This document shows positions 9,418 to 18,813 of a stretch of 64,000 bases of DNA, in pieces (positions within the stretch are counted from its first letter, which is position 1; every line of letters starts with the position of its first letter). This stretch comes from Minisyncoccota bacterium (GTDB lineage Bacteria; Patescibacteriota; Minisyncoccia; Moranbacterales; GCA-2747515), in contig CALDDM010000005.1 of NCBI GenBank assembly GCA_937936355.1, positions 10,336 to 74,335 of the forward strand. The letters run 5' to 3'. Position numbers and translations under genes: made by a program. The notes beneath the pieces were generated by a model. It saw only the letters and a program-made list of their open reading frames with translations, was not told the origin of the DNA and made no database searches.

Positions 9418-10344
9418 CTAGTTACCAAACTTCTTGACATATTCATAAGCACTCAGCGTTGCCTTGATCGCATCCCCGACAGCAATATTATTCTGCTTAT
9501 ACAGCTCATCAGTTACGTCGCCAGCAGCATATATACCGTTCATACTTGTGGAAAATGTACGATGATCAACAATGATTTCTTCTCGATCATTTAGATCAAC
9601 AAGCCCTTTACACAACGAACTATTTGGAACAGTTCCAATCTCTACAAAAACACCCTGTACCGCCAGTTCTTTTTCTTCATTCGCTTCTTTGTCTTCGTAC
9701 AGCAAAGACTCTACCATTGCACTACCAGAGATCTTGAGAGTATTCGTCTTATAGAGAATCTCAACTTTTCCTGAATCACGAACAATTTTTTGTGTAATGG
9801 GATCTCCACGCAGTTCATCACGACGCGCTAGCAAATATACTTTCTTTGCATACGGTAGTAAATCAACAACACTCTCAAGTCCGCTATTGCCACCACCCAC
9901 AACTGCAACATCCTTATCACGAAAAAATGGTGCATCGCATGTTGCGCAGTACGCCACTCCCTTGCCATTGAAATCATCTTCTCCAGGCACGCCCAACTTT
10001 CGATGACGACCACCAGTGGTGACTATAACTGTTTTTGTTTTGTAGACATCTTTTTTTGTTTTCACCAAAAACATATCACCATCACGTTCAATGCTAGTCA
10101 CTGTATCTTGTAAAGATAAACTTATATCTTCTTTATATGACTCCAGGTGATCCTTGAGTTTCTTGGCTAACTCAGGTCCTGGTATTAGGATATCGCCAAT
10201 CCAATTTGCAATACCATCGGATACAACGCTTTGCCCACCTATCTGGTCCGCCACGAGCATCGCTTTCATTTGTTTGCGAGCAGCATACACGCCTGCAGCA
10301 ACTGCTGCTGGACCACCACCAACAATGATTGTGTCAAAAACCAT
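9418..10344 (-). CDS. trxB: thioredoxin-disulfide reductase
   Basis: IVGGGPAA FAD motif, redox-active CATCDAPFF, VVGGGNSG NADPH motif and GIYAAGDV. Confidence 0.85.
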   Translation of the reverse strand: MVFDTIIVGGGPAAVAAGVYAARKQMKAMLVADQIGGQSVVSDGIANWIGDILIPGPELAKKLKDHLESYKEDISLSLQDTVTSIERDGDMFLVKTKKDVYKTKTVIVTTGGRHRKLGVPGEDDFNGKGVAYCATCDAPFFRDKDVAVVGGGNSGLESVVDLLPYAKKVYLLARRDELRGDPITQKIVRDSGKVEILYKTNTLKISGSAMVESLLYEDKEANEEKELAVQGVFVEIGTVPNSSLCKGLVDLNDREEIIVDHRTFSTSMNGIYAAGDVTDELYKQNNIAVGDAIKATLSAYEYVKKFGN

Positions 10345-10389
10345 TCTAATTTTTATTACGTATTATGTTTCTAAACTACAAAGAGATGC

Positions 10390-10635
10390 TTAAAGTGAGA
10401 GAAGTTTTGTTAGTTTTTCTTGGTCAAAACCGACGACCACCTCTTCTGTTCCATCCTCTCTTTCAATCATGGTTACGGGCACACCCATTTGACCAGTCTT
10501 TTCAACCATTTGTGTCGCAGCTTCCTGACTCTCGGATATATCGATCTCCTTAAACTCCACTCCCTTTTCGAGAAGGAATTCTTTCTCCATTTTGCAATAA
10601 CCACATGATGGTGTTGAGTATACTGTTATATTCAT
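10390..10635 (-). CDS. NrdH/glutaredoxin-like small redoxin
   Basis: 81 aa with the STPSCGYCK CxxC motif near the N-terminus and a GVPVT motif. Confidence 0.75.
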   Translation of the reverse strand: MNITVYSTPSCGYCKMEKEFLLEKGVEFKEIDISESQEAATQMVEKTGQMGVPVTMIEREDGTEEVVVGFDQEKLTKLLSL

Positions 10636-10662
10636 ACGTTTAGATTTACATTTTATACATTC

Positions 10663-10704
10663 ATTATATAAGAATGTCTTCTATGATGTCAAGTAGACTT
10701 TACA
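10663..10704 (-). promoter_or_regulatory. sigma70-like promoter of the nrdH-trxB operon with upstream TGTAAAG element
   Basis: The minus strand reads TGTAAAG-TCTA-CTTGACA, then 18 nt, then TATAAT. On the plus strand the 18-bp element is 10687-10704, TGTCAAG-TAGA-CTTTACA. Confidence 0.5.
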
Positions 10705-10747
10705 TCTTATTATCCACAAGCACCTGCTCCTATGGGATCATTTGCGA

Positions 10748-10776
10748 TTGACAATATTCTTCTCAGACGTCATAAT
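10748..10776 (+). promoter_or_regulatory. sigma70-like promoter for tRNA-Arg
   Basis: TTGACA, 17 nt, CATAAT, ending 24 nt before the tRNA 5-prime end. Confidence 0.5.
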
Positions 10777-10799
10777 ACTGAAACGCCATTAAAAGCAAT

Positions 10800-10874
10800 G
10801 TACCCGTAGCTCAGTTGGATTAGAGCGTTTGGTTTCGGCCCAAAAGGTCGCAGGTTCGAGTCCTGCCGGGTACA
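10800..10874 (+). tRNA. tRNA-Arg (anticodon TCG)
   Basis: Hand-folded cloverleaf. Acceptor GTACCCG/CGGGTAC, D arm GCTC...GAGC, anticodon stem TTTGG/CCAAA with loop TTTCGGC, T arm GCAGG-TTCGAGT-CCTGC. No encoded CCA. Confidence 0.85.
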
Positions 10875-10988
10875 CAAGAACACGCCTCTCATTTTTTGAG
10901 GGCGTAGATAGCGCGCTCTATGGATGGCCTCGTCTCCCAGTATCTCACCAAGAGATTTTCACCTTAGAGCTCCTTGCTCTGGGATTTT

Positions 10989-11441
10989 TTACTCCTGAGA
11001 TTTTTGCTCGAATGGATTTTCTACCTCCGAGCTACTAGCAGTATTTTGTGGAGATGTATCTGCTTGACTCTCCTGCGCTGATTCACTAGAAATCACATCG
11101 TCTCCTTGCTTGCCACCAAAGAATATATCTTTCACTTGCGAACCTTTCTCAGAAAATTTTATCTCTCTTTGCTTAATCGTAAAGACAGCTTGTTCAAATT
11201 TATCTTCATTAAACTTGACTTTTGCCCTACGAACTTCCGCCTCCTGCTTCGCAGTCTCTGAGTCTTCATCTAGCTTATAGAGATTTTCATACCATATAGA
11301 AAATGCGTAGATAAGAGCAAGGAGAGCAAGAAGAGCTGCTACATATCGAAATATTTTTATCCACAACTTCCATACAATATCCATGACACCATGGATGCCT
11401 CTCCCCTTGAAATTCTCGATTATTTTTCGTATCTGTTGCAT
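10989..11441 (-). CDS. hypothetical single-pass membrane protein (last gene of the pilus cluster)
   Basis: One TM helix (YVAALLALLALIYAF) followed by a charged, low-complexity C-terminus. No recognisable family. Confidence 0.4.
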   Translation of the reverse strand: MQQIRKIIENFKGRGIHGVMDIVWKLWIKIFRYVAALLALLALIYAFSIWYENLYKLDEDSETAKQEAEVRRAKVKFNEDKFEQAVFTIKQREIKFSEKGSQVKDIFFGGKQGDDVISSESAQESQADTSPQNTASSSEVENPFEQKSQE

Positions 11442-11468
11442 AATAGTATACCTTTTCTTTTACAATCT

Positions 11469-12239
11469 TTACGCCTCTGACTCATCTTCATTCTTATCAT
11501 CTGACTCTGAATCTGAATCTGAGAAGTCATCCTTCTTGCTCTCAAGCAAGTTATCTAGGTAAATGGCAATCGTTAATTCTGAATCAATCAAATTTGTTCT
11601 GTCATCAGCATCTGCCTCCGTGTTCTGACGAATATCCCCAAACCTTCGCGCCTCTGCACTCGTACGCGTATCATCTCTTGCTGTCAGCGCTATTTGGGTA
11701 ATATCATTCTCGTAGTCAAAATTTTCGAGCTTTATGATAAAATCCATAAGATTCTGATACGTACCAGTCATTTGCATCACAAGAACTATGCTATAGTCCT
11801 CATCGACAGGATTTATTCTCCTTTCTTGTGGTTCATTCTCATCTGACTTTTCATCAGACTTTTTCTTTGGCTTTGGCTTTGGTGACTTCTTTTTTAGTGT
11901 GTATGTGAATGCAGAATGACCTGTTGAGCGAGCTATCTCCTCGATCCTTGTAAATACCTGGACTTTTTGGTTTGCATCATCTGCCAAGAGCACGTCCATA
12001 CTATCTCTTTGTGCCACTATGGTATCTTGCTGGCGGCGCAAATCTACCACGGACTGCAAGAAGTCTAAATTAATCTCTTGATCAATACGAATGCTCCGAG
12101 CTTCATTAACTTTCTCCTGCGTCATTGAAACAACAAAGCGAGCGCCAAATATAGCAAGTGGCACAAAAATGAATATGAATGCCCCTGCGGTAACTGCGAT
12201 TAGATTTTTTTTGATTATATCCATCATAGAATAAGACAC
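11469..12239 (-). CDS. PilO-like pilus assembly protein
   Basis: N-terminal TM, a coiled-coil segment, and a position directly after pilM-pilN with a 16-nt overlap. Contains an inserted K/E-rich linker. Confidence 0.5.
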   Translation of the reverse strand: MSYSMMDIIKKNLIAVTAGAFIFIFVPLAIFGARFVVSMTQEKVNEARSIRIDQEINLDFLQSVVDLRRQQDTIVAQRDSMDVLLADDANQKVQVFTRIEEIARSTGHSAFTYTLKKKSPKPKPKKKSDEKSDENEPQERRINPVDEDYSIVLVMQMTGTYQNLMDFIIKLENFDYENDITQIALTARDDTRTSAEARRFGDIRQNTEADADDRTNLIDSELTIAIYLDNLLESKKDDFSDSDSESDDKNEDESEA

Positions 12240-12793
12240 GTTTCCGGATTAACGGTGAATGTCATAATAAAATTTGCATCACTTTGCTGTACAAGATATT
12301 CATCCGGTATTTGAACATCGCTAAAGCACAGCTGGTCATCCCTACTAGCTTTGAGCATTTTATCTTTTAATACTACGAGTGCACTCGATGTGTCTGCTAC
12401 GCCAGTCAGAGTCACGACATAGTTCTGACTTGATAGTTTTTGTACGCGTATCTCAGGTGAAATCACATCATTTAGTACTGAGAGCATTGTACTCCAATGC
12501 ACACCTTTTGACTGCAGCATTTCAACCACTTTCACATGATCATTTGTCTTGGCAAAAAGTGCGTGCAATTTTAAAACTTCTCCATATTCTTCACGCTCAA
12601 TGATTTCGCGATTATTGTCATCATATACAGCAACTTGCTGTCTCACTAGCATGTAGATCGTTATCAAAACGCTCAGCAAAACCAAGGCGATAAAAAAAAT
12701 GATTAATTGTTGATTAATGAGCAAGTGAAAAATTTTCTGCTGGCGCAAAAGATTTTTATACTGTTCCGGAAGTAAATTTAATGTAATTTTCAT
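12224..12793 (-). CDS. pilN: PilN-like fimbrial assembly protein
   Basis: MKITLNLLPEQYK N-terminus (the INLLP motif of PilN), a single TM, and a position after pilM. Confidence 0.65.
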   Translation of the reverse strand: MKITLNLLPEQYKNLLRQQKIFHLLINQQLIIFFIALVLLSVLITIYMLVRQQVAVYDDNNREIIEREEYGEVLKLHALFAKTNDHVKVVEMLQSKGVHWSTMLSVLNDVISPEIRVQKLSSQNYVVTLTGVADTSSALVVLKDKMLKASRDDQLCFSDVQIPDEYLVQQSDANFIMTFTVNPETCLIL

Positions 12794-12798
12794 TTATA

Positions 12799-13857
12799 CT
12801 AATCTTGCGTCATGGATAAACCTATTGCTGTAGCGTACTGAATTGATGCCTCTTTGTTGATCGGAGGAAGATCTTTAAATTGTGCATTTGTCCATGGATC
12901 GCCTAAACGCACATCCATCCCAATACTGCGAGAGAGATAAGGAATTAGACCTTTTGTCTTTGATCCGCCTCCACACAAGATGATTTCGTCAACTGCCTGT
13001 GAATATCGTAAACCCGTGAGATAGAAATTGATAGACTTGCGAATCTCTTGCGCAAAACTGTCAACGATCGGCTTAACAGATTGAAAAATATGATCGTTTT
13101 TAAGAGCAGATCCAATTCCGTGCTCAATCTTCACTTTCTCAGCTTCCGCATGCGAAAGATTCATTGTTTTTGCGATCGCATCTGTAATCGACTCTGAGCT
13201 TAACGGTATACTGGAAGTGAAAACAGGAATGCCCCTTGTAACGACCAGAAAACTGGTTCTCCGATCACCGATATCTACGATCATTGTAGTTCGTTGATGA
13301 TCGAGAGATAACAAACTCCTAACCTGCGAAAGAGACTCAATCTCAAACCCGTGCACCTTATAATTCGCATCTTCTAAAACAGCCATAAATTGATCAACTA
13401 CACCGCGTGCAACTGCGACCACAAGCACACTCATCTTACCAGCATCTCCCTGCAGATGCTCAGGCAAAATCTGCCAATCATAATAGACCTGGTCGATCGT
13501 CATGGGAATATTTGCTTCCATCTCCCATTTGATTGCTTCACCAGCCTCTTCACTTGTCATTTGGGGAATTGAGATAATACGCAAAAATGCTTTCGTTTCA
13601 GGCAATGAGCAAACAACATGCTTTGTGGTAATGTTGGCTCGTAGACAAGCTGCTTGAATTGCGCTACCAACAGCCTCTGCGTTCAAAATGCCTCCATCAG
13701 CGACGGAACCTTTTGGCAATGACTCAGCACCTGCTAGGACATTGTGCATGTATTTTCCACGCACGTCTACCTGCACAACCTTAATCGATAAATCACTTAT
13801 ATCCAAACCAAAAAAATCTGGGTTCGGATCAAGGAATTTTTTCTGTAGTAATGACAT
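12799..13857 (-). CDS. pilM: type IV pilus assembly protein PilM (actin-like ATPase fold)
   Basis: 352 aa. FFGLDISDLSIKVVQV N-terminus and IILCGGGSKTKGL are typical of PilM/FtsA-like proteins. Confidence 0.85.
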   Translation of the reverse strand: MSLLQKKFLDPNPDFFGLDISDLSIKVVQVDVRGKYMHNVLAGAESLPKGSVADGGILNAEAVGSAIQAACLRANITTKHVVCSLPETKAFLRIISIPQMTSEEAGEAIKWEMEANIPMTIDQVYYDWQILPEHLQGDAGKMSVLVVAVARGVVDQFMAVLEDANYKVHGFEIESLSQVRSLLSLDHQRTTMIVDIGDRRTSFLVVTRGIPVFTSSIPLSSESITDAIAKTMNLSHAEAEKVKIEHGIGSALKNDHIFQSVKPIVDSFAQEIRKSINFYLTGLRYSQAVDEIILCGGGSKTKGLIPYLSRSIGMDVRLGDPWTNAQFKDLPPINKEASIQYATAIGLSMTQD

Positions 13858-14020
13858 TATTTTCTTTTTGAGGCTCAGTCACGGTAAAAATTGGCATTAC
13901 CATTTATCATTTCTGTAGAAAAAATGACCTTTCTTTTGCGCAAATTATACTAAGCCTTACAGTATATTTTACATTACAACTTCTATATTGCAAAATCAAG
14001 AATCCTTAATCGCTCACATA

Positions 14021-15457
14021 CTACTCCTTTTCTTGCCATTGATCGATCACGTATGAGCTGCCTGTCGGAAAAAACGGGGGCGCATTGAAAAGAAAGTTGC
14101 TATCGTAGTTTATCTCCACAGATGTTGTGTCTTCAAACCCAAAATCTTGATACGTGGCTACGGCGCCTAGGATCTCAACTGCAGCAAGTGTGTTACCGTA
14201 TGCACTGCGGCCAACGCGTCCTGTTTGTGCAAGTAGTGCAGCGTGTATATTTAACACACCATCCCCTCCCAAAGCAGGGTCTGCAATGACCTCCACGTTA
14301 TTCTCAGCCGCTATACCCAAGATTGTTCCCGATACTTGATCTTCGTAAACAATGTCGCCATTGATATAGACATCATGGTTTCGTCCATCGCCATTGTGGT
14401 GGGCAGCGATTGTCACTTGCTTTCCGCTGTCTATGACACCCTCCACCCAAATGTCATTGCGTACATAGATTGCATTGGTGTCAGCAAGGGTCAACGTCTC
14501 CTCAAATTCATAGTCCTTATTCTTATAACTTATCTCCTTGGTTGTGTTGTTGTACTTTTTTACCCAGTATAGGTCGGCGGTACCGTCATCTTGAAAAATC
14601 AGATGCCAACCTTGGCCCCCAGCTTTTGTTGGCAAATTAAATTGCGCGTTAGATGCTGACTGAATCTGAGTAAATGCTACAACAACACTATTAAAGTCCT
14701 GCGTAGGTACTGGAAAGGCCTTGCCTCCGACAAAAACATCACCTTCCACGCCATTAGTCCATACCCCATCCTTCGTCACACCTCCATAGTCGTAGCTAGA
14801 AACAGAACTTGATGACAATCCATTGATCATACCCTCTGCACGTAAGCCGTTATTTGCATGCACACCACCATCTACACTCGTTCCCGATGCAATCTCAATA
14901 TCAGAGTGCGCAAGAATAGCAAACTCACTCCATGGCGGTCGTCGCAGACGCATGCTCACCGTACGTTTCTGATTTGGTTTTTTTTGTGTCCATCCTGTTG
15001 ACTCGACGAATGCTGTGGTAGTGCCGGTAGTTGGCAAAACAACACAAACACTATATGTTCCTTGAACACCATTTGCATCATAGTTTTCCTCATACCTCCC
15101 AGCATCATCCGCTGTATCACAAATACCATCAGGACCCGCACTCCCACGCGGAGGATTTACAGGATCATCCCAAAAGTCTGCAATCTGCTCGGCAGTCTTG
15201 CCATCTACATGATGAGCGATATACCAGCGATATGCATACAAACCAGACTCTGCAATCTGCAGCGCTCCTTCTCGTGGTTGAGCAGATAAACTGTAGCGAA
15301 TGCTCGAGGCGACAAATGTAATTAGACCACTAAAGATAATTGCAACCACAGCCAAAACAGCTAGAGCATAGACAAGTCCTCCACCGTTAGCTTTTTTTTG
15401 AATAGTTGTTTGCAATTTCATAGTCTCAATTTTATTGCTAAGACGGTGCTTGGCCAA
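14021..15457 (-). CDS. large pilus-associated protein (PilX-like, N-terminal hydrophobic helix without Glu5)
   Basis: GGGLVYALAVLAVVAIIFSGLITFV pilin-like helix, then about 430 aa of beta-rich sequence. Overlaps the upstream minor pilin gene by 20 nt. Confidence 0.45.
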   Translation of the reverse strand: MAKHRLSNKIETMKLQTTIQKKANGGGLVYALAVLAVVAIIFSGLITFVASSIRYSLSAQPREGALQIAESGLYAYRWYIAHHVDGKTAEQIADFWDDPVNPPRGSAGPDGICDTADDAGRYEENYDANGVQGTYSVCVVLPTTGTTTAFVESTGWTQKKPNQKRTVSMRLRRPPWSEFAILAHSDIEIASGTSVDGGVHANNGLRAEGMINGLSSSSVSSYDYGGVTKDGVWTNGVEGDVFVGGKAFPVPTQDFNSVVVAFTQIQSASNAQFNLPTKAGGQGWHLIFQDDGTADLYWVKKYNNTTKEISYKNKDYEFEETLTLADTNAIYVRNDIWVEGVIDSGKQVTIAAHHNGDGRNHDVYINGDIVYEDQVSGTILGIAAENNVEVIADPALGGDGVLNIHAALLAQTGRVGRSAYGNTLAAVEILGAVATYQDFGFEDTTSVEINYDSNFLFNAPPFFPTGSSYVIDQWQEKE

Positions 15458-16061
15458 AGTCAGATAAATTACGTATAACGGATTTTGACTTTATACGCAC
15501 ATTGTTTGGAGCCTTAATCTGATCAACATTTACAAAAAGTAATATCTCAACGAGAGTGATCATATTTGTACTGCCCCCATAGGCAAGCAGATTATTTGAC
15601 CTGTCGTAATAGGCAAAAATTGGCTCTCCAGCTCCGTCGTTTACAACATAATTTGCAACATTTGAAAGAACCTCATCGTTATCTGGATCATACGTCAAAG
15701 GCGAGCCGGACGGCTCCGTGACACCCCTCTTGAATTCATCATTTGTATCTACAAAGTATCGCAAACGCTCAACTACATCGTCACCATCATAATCTGAGTA
15801 GAAGATAATCTCATACTCGCTCGCACTCTCCAATGGGAAAGAGCCATCCTCTGCATGTGTCGCCTTACGCAGTTCCCGCACAACTTCGCGTACACCCTTA
15901 TCTGCAACACGTGATGCAATACCTGTCTCTATTGTAAAACTATTTGCGATCAGTACACGTGAAATCAGATATGTAAAACCAATCATCACAACAGAAAGGA
16001 TGAGTATTGTTATGAGCGTCTCAACGAGAGACACTCCACGTAATTTTGTTTTAAATCCCAT
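15438..16061 (-). CDS. prepilin-type N-terminal cleavage/methylation domain protein (minor pilin)
   Basis: KLRG|VSLVETLITILILSVV is a class-III signal with Glu5. Confidence 0.65.
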   Translation of the reverse strand: MGFKTKLRGVSLVETLITILILSVVMIGFTYLISRVLIANSFTIETGIASRVADKGVREVVRELRKATHAEDGSFPLESASEYEIIFYSDYDGDDVVERLRYFVDTNDEFKRGVTEPSGSPLTYDPDNDEVLSNVANYVVNDGAGEPIFAYYDRSNNLLAYGGSTNMITLVEILLFVNVDQIKAPNNVRIKSKSVIRNLSDFGQAPS

Positions 16062-16075
16062 TAATTTATGTCATT

Positions 16076-17518
16076 TTATGAGCCAACGAGTGTCACATCC
16101 AACTGCTCAAGACCACTGACGACCACCGAGGAGATATAGTCAGTATATCCATCACCACGAACGCGTATGTCATACTCCTGACCTGCCACCAATGATTCTA
16201 TTGCATTTTCTGGGAAGTAAACTGTGCCGTATTTATCTGTCTGCACTTCGACACTATACCCAAGACTTGCGTTTTGCAGACGCACATAAGCGTCAGGAAC
16301 AACTGCACCTGTGTCAGAATCAGTTACTGTAATGAAGACACTGTCTACAGCGGACTCCATGAGCACTATATTACAGTCAAAGACAGCGCCCTCATTAACC
16401 TCTGTTGCGTACCGATTAACGTCATCACCAGGCAATAGCCTCCAAAATACATTTGTGCCATCTGCATGTTCGATTGTGTAGAAACCAGAGCTCTCTACGT
16501 ATCCCGCCACAGAATCCATATCCACTTGTCCTGATGCATCAGTTGTTGTACTCAATAATGATAGAGAGCCATTTATATATACAGGATCTCCGTCTGTTGT
16601 TGAGCCGATGATACGACCACCTTCCAGATTAAATGCGACATTGCCAATGCTGTTACAAAATGGATCTGTTGAATTAAATTCCAAGTCAGGGATGAGCCCA
16701 GTTTCTAGCGTTAGTGATGTTACAGTACCAGCAATCGCGGTAAGATCGACATAACTCGGGTAAAATGATGAGATTGGATAATCTGGATATGTTTGTACAA
16801 CTTCATATCCATCACTACCAGAGCCAACTGTTACTCTGTAGATTTTTTCGCCAACTGGAACTGACGCAAAAATTACGTTACCGAATGCGTCTGTCGTACT
16901 TGTACCTGAATAATCTGGTGCAGTCACCCCATTTGTATCGTTTAGTGCAACAGTGATCCCTGATACTGGACCATTCTCGTCGAGTACATTTATCGATACT
17001 ACGCCGTCACTTACACCCAACTCATTACCGCTAGGTGGCACGAAGTACGAAGACAAAACAACACTTTGCCTCTCATTTGAGACATCACTGAGACCTTCTC
17101 CCCACAAGACAGTAATAATCACATTTTTGTAGTCTTGTGGATAAAGATCTGTAGGGTGCACCCCATCTTCCGCATCATCTATATAATAAATTTCTCGTAG
17201 AATTCTATATGTAGCTCCTCCGACAACCGTCGTAGAATCATACAATATCGTTCCAGGCCCGACAGATCCGGTTGGCGGAGTGGGCGTCAAAGCAAGAGAC
17301 AGGTCGACGTATGGTGTATTTCTAAAGACCTCTAGCTCTTGGTTTGCAATTTCGACAGCTGCAAGCCTTTGTTTTGAATCAATAATATTTACAATAACCA
17401 TACCGTAAAGCTGGTAAAAGCTCAGGGTCATCACAGAAAAAATAACCAAAACCACAAGCGCCTCTACGAAAGTAAAGCCCTTCATCGATGGTTTGTTTTT
17501 TTTCAATAATGTATTCAT
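16076..17518 (-). CDS. giant prepilin-type protein with two carboxypeptidase-regulatory-like beta-sandwich segments
   Basis: MKG|FTFVEALVVLVIFSVMTL class-III signal. Segments INVLDENGPVSGITVAL...DAFGNVIF and ITVTDSDTGAVVPDAYVRL...DKYGTVYF resemble CarboxypepD_reg repeats. Confidence 0.7.
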   Translation of the reverse strand: MNTLLKKNKPSMKGFTFVEALVVLVIFSVMTLSFYQLYGMVIVNIIDSKQRLAAVEIANQELEVFRNTPYVDLSLALTPTPPTGSVGPGTILYDSTTVVGGATYRILREIYYIDDAEDGVHPTDLYPQDYKNVIITVLWGEGLSDVSNERQSVVLSSYFVPPSGNELGVSDGVVSINVLDENGPVSGITVALNDTNGVTAPDYSGTSTTDAFGNVIFASVPVGEKIYRVTVGSGSDGYEVVQTYPDYPISSFYPSYVDLTAIAGTVTSLTLETGLIPDLEFNSTDPFCNSIGNVAFNLEGGRIIGSTTDGDPVYINGSLSLLSTTTDASGQVDMDSVAGYVESSGFYTIEHADGTNVFWRLLPGDDVNRYATEVNEGAVFDCNIVLMESAVDSVFITVTDSDTGAVVPDAYVRLQNASLGYSVEVQTDKYGTVYFPENAIESLVAGQEYDIRVRGDGYTDYISSVVVSGLEQLDVTLVGS

Positions 17519-17557
17519 ATACTTATTCTACAATATACTTTTGAATATATTGCACTT

Positions 17558-18781
17558 TTATTGAATATTTTCCAACACACTGTACATTGGCTGCAACATA
17601 GCAATTGCAAAAAATCCAACACCCGTACCAATGACAATCATAAGAACTGGCTCAATGATTGAACTCATGTTCTTTGTGATCTGGGACACCTCAGCCTCGT
17701 AGAACTCTGCAATCTTCATGAGCATTTGTTCGGTCTGACCAGTTTCTTCACCGACCTTAACCATCTGTGCAAGGATTACCGGAAACAGCTTTGGGTACTC
17801 CTCAATTACGACAGACATCTCAACGCCTTTCTGAATTTTATCACGGCCACTGTGGATCGCCTCTTTATAGTATTCATTGGCGAGAGTATCTGCCACGATA
17901 TCCAATGCTCCGATCACACTCACACCACTACGTAAGAGCGAGCTGTAGATTCGTGCAAATCGTGCAGAATTAACCTTGATCACAATATTCTTAATAGCTG
18001 GGAGATGCAGTACCAAGAAGCTCAATGCACGTTTCCCCATCTTTGTTGTCAGGAAAAACTTCAATCCAAATCCGCCAAAGACAAAGAGGATTGCAATAAT
18101 CACACTATGTTCCCGCAGCGCATCTGACATTGAGATAAGAATCAACGTCATCTTTGGAAGTGTCACGTCCATATCAACAAAAACACCTGTGATTTGTGGC
18201 AAGATATATGTCAGCATCAAAACACCTACAGCTGTCATAGCAAAAACGATTACCGCAGGATAGATCATTGCACCACGCACTTTTGACCGCAAATCGTTTT
18301 CTTTCTCTATTTGTATCGTCAGAATGCCAAGTGATTCCTCCAAGGATCCACCAACCTCACCAACACGTACCATATTTACAAAAAGATCATCGAATGCCGA
18401 TGGGTGCTTTGCAAGAGCATCACTGACTGACATACCCTTTTGCACATCAAGGTACGCTGTTTGAAGAATTTTCTGAAATTTTTTGTCAGTTGTTTGCAAT
18501 GAAAGATTATTTAGAGCTCTACCAACCGACAACCCTGAAGAGATCATCACCGCGAGGTTACGTGTAAAGAACAGTTTCTCTTTGAGAGGAATTTTTGAAA
18601 ATCGATCCATGATGCTGATCGACTTCTTCTTTGTGGTCTCTTGATCGACCATCCGCATTGACGTCACCAAAAAACCTTCGCTGCGCAACTGCGCGGCAAG
18701 TTCTTGCTCACTACTAGCAATCACCTCACCACTCTTTGGTGATCCATCTGCTGCTTTGGCTGTAAAGAGATACTTCGGCAT
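17558..18781 (-). CDS. pilC: type IV pilus platform protein PilC (GspF family)
   Basis: 407 aa with duplicated T2SSF domains and three TM segments. Follows pilB. Confidence 0.9.
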   Translation of the reverse strand: MPKYLFTAKAADGSPKSGEVIASSEQELAAQLRSEGFLVTSMRMVDQETTKKKSISIMDRFSKIPLKEKLFFTRNLAVMISSGLSVGRALNNLSLQTTDKKFQKILQTAYLDVQKGMSVSDALAKHPSAFDDLFVNMVRVGEVGGSLEESLGILTIQIEKENDLRSKVRGAMIYPAVIVFAMTAVGVLMLTYILPQITGVFVDMDVTLPKMTLILISMSDALREHSVIIAILFVFGGFGLKFFLTTKMGKRALSFLVLHLPAIKNIVIKVNSARFARIYSSLLRSGVSVIGALDIVADTLANEYYKEAIHSGRDKIQKGVEMSVVIEEYPKLFPVILAQMVKVGEETGQTEQMLMKIAEFYEAEVSQITKNMSSIIEPVLMIVIGTGVGFFAIAMLQPMYSVLENIQ

Positions 18782-18813
18782 ACTATAATTCTGGAAACTT
18801 AATTTATGGATCC

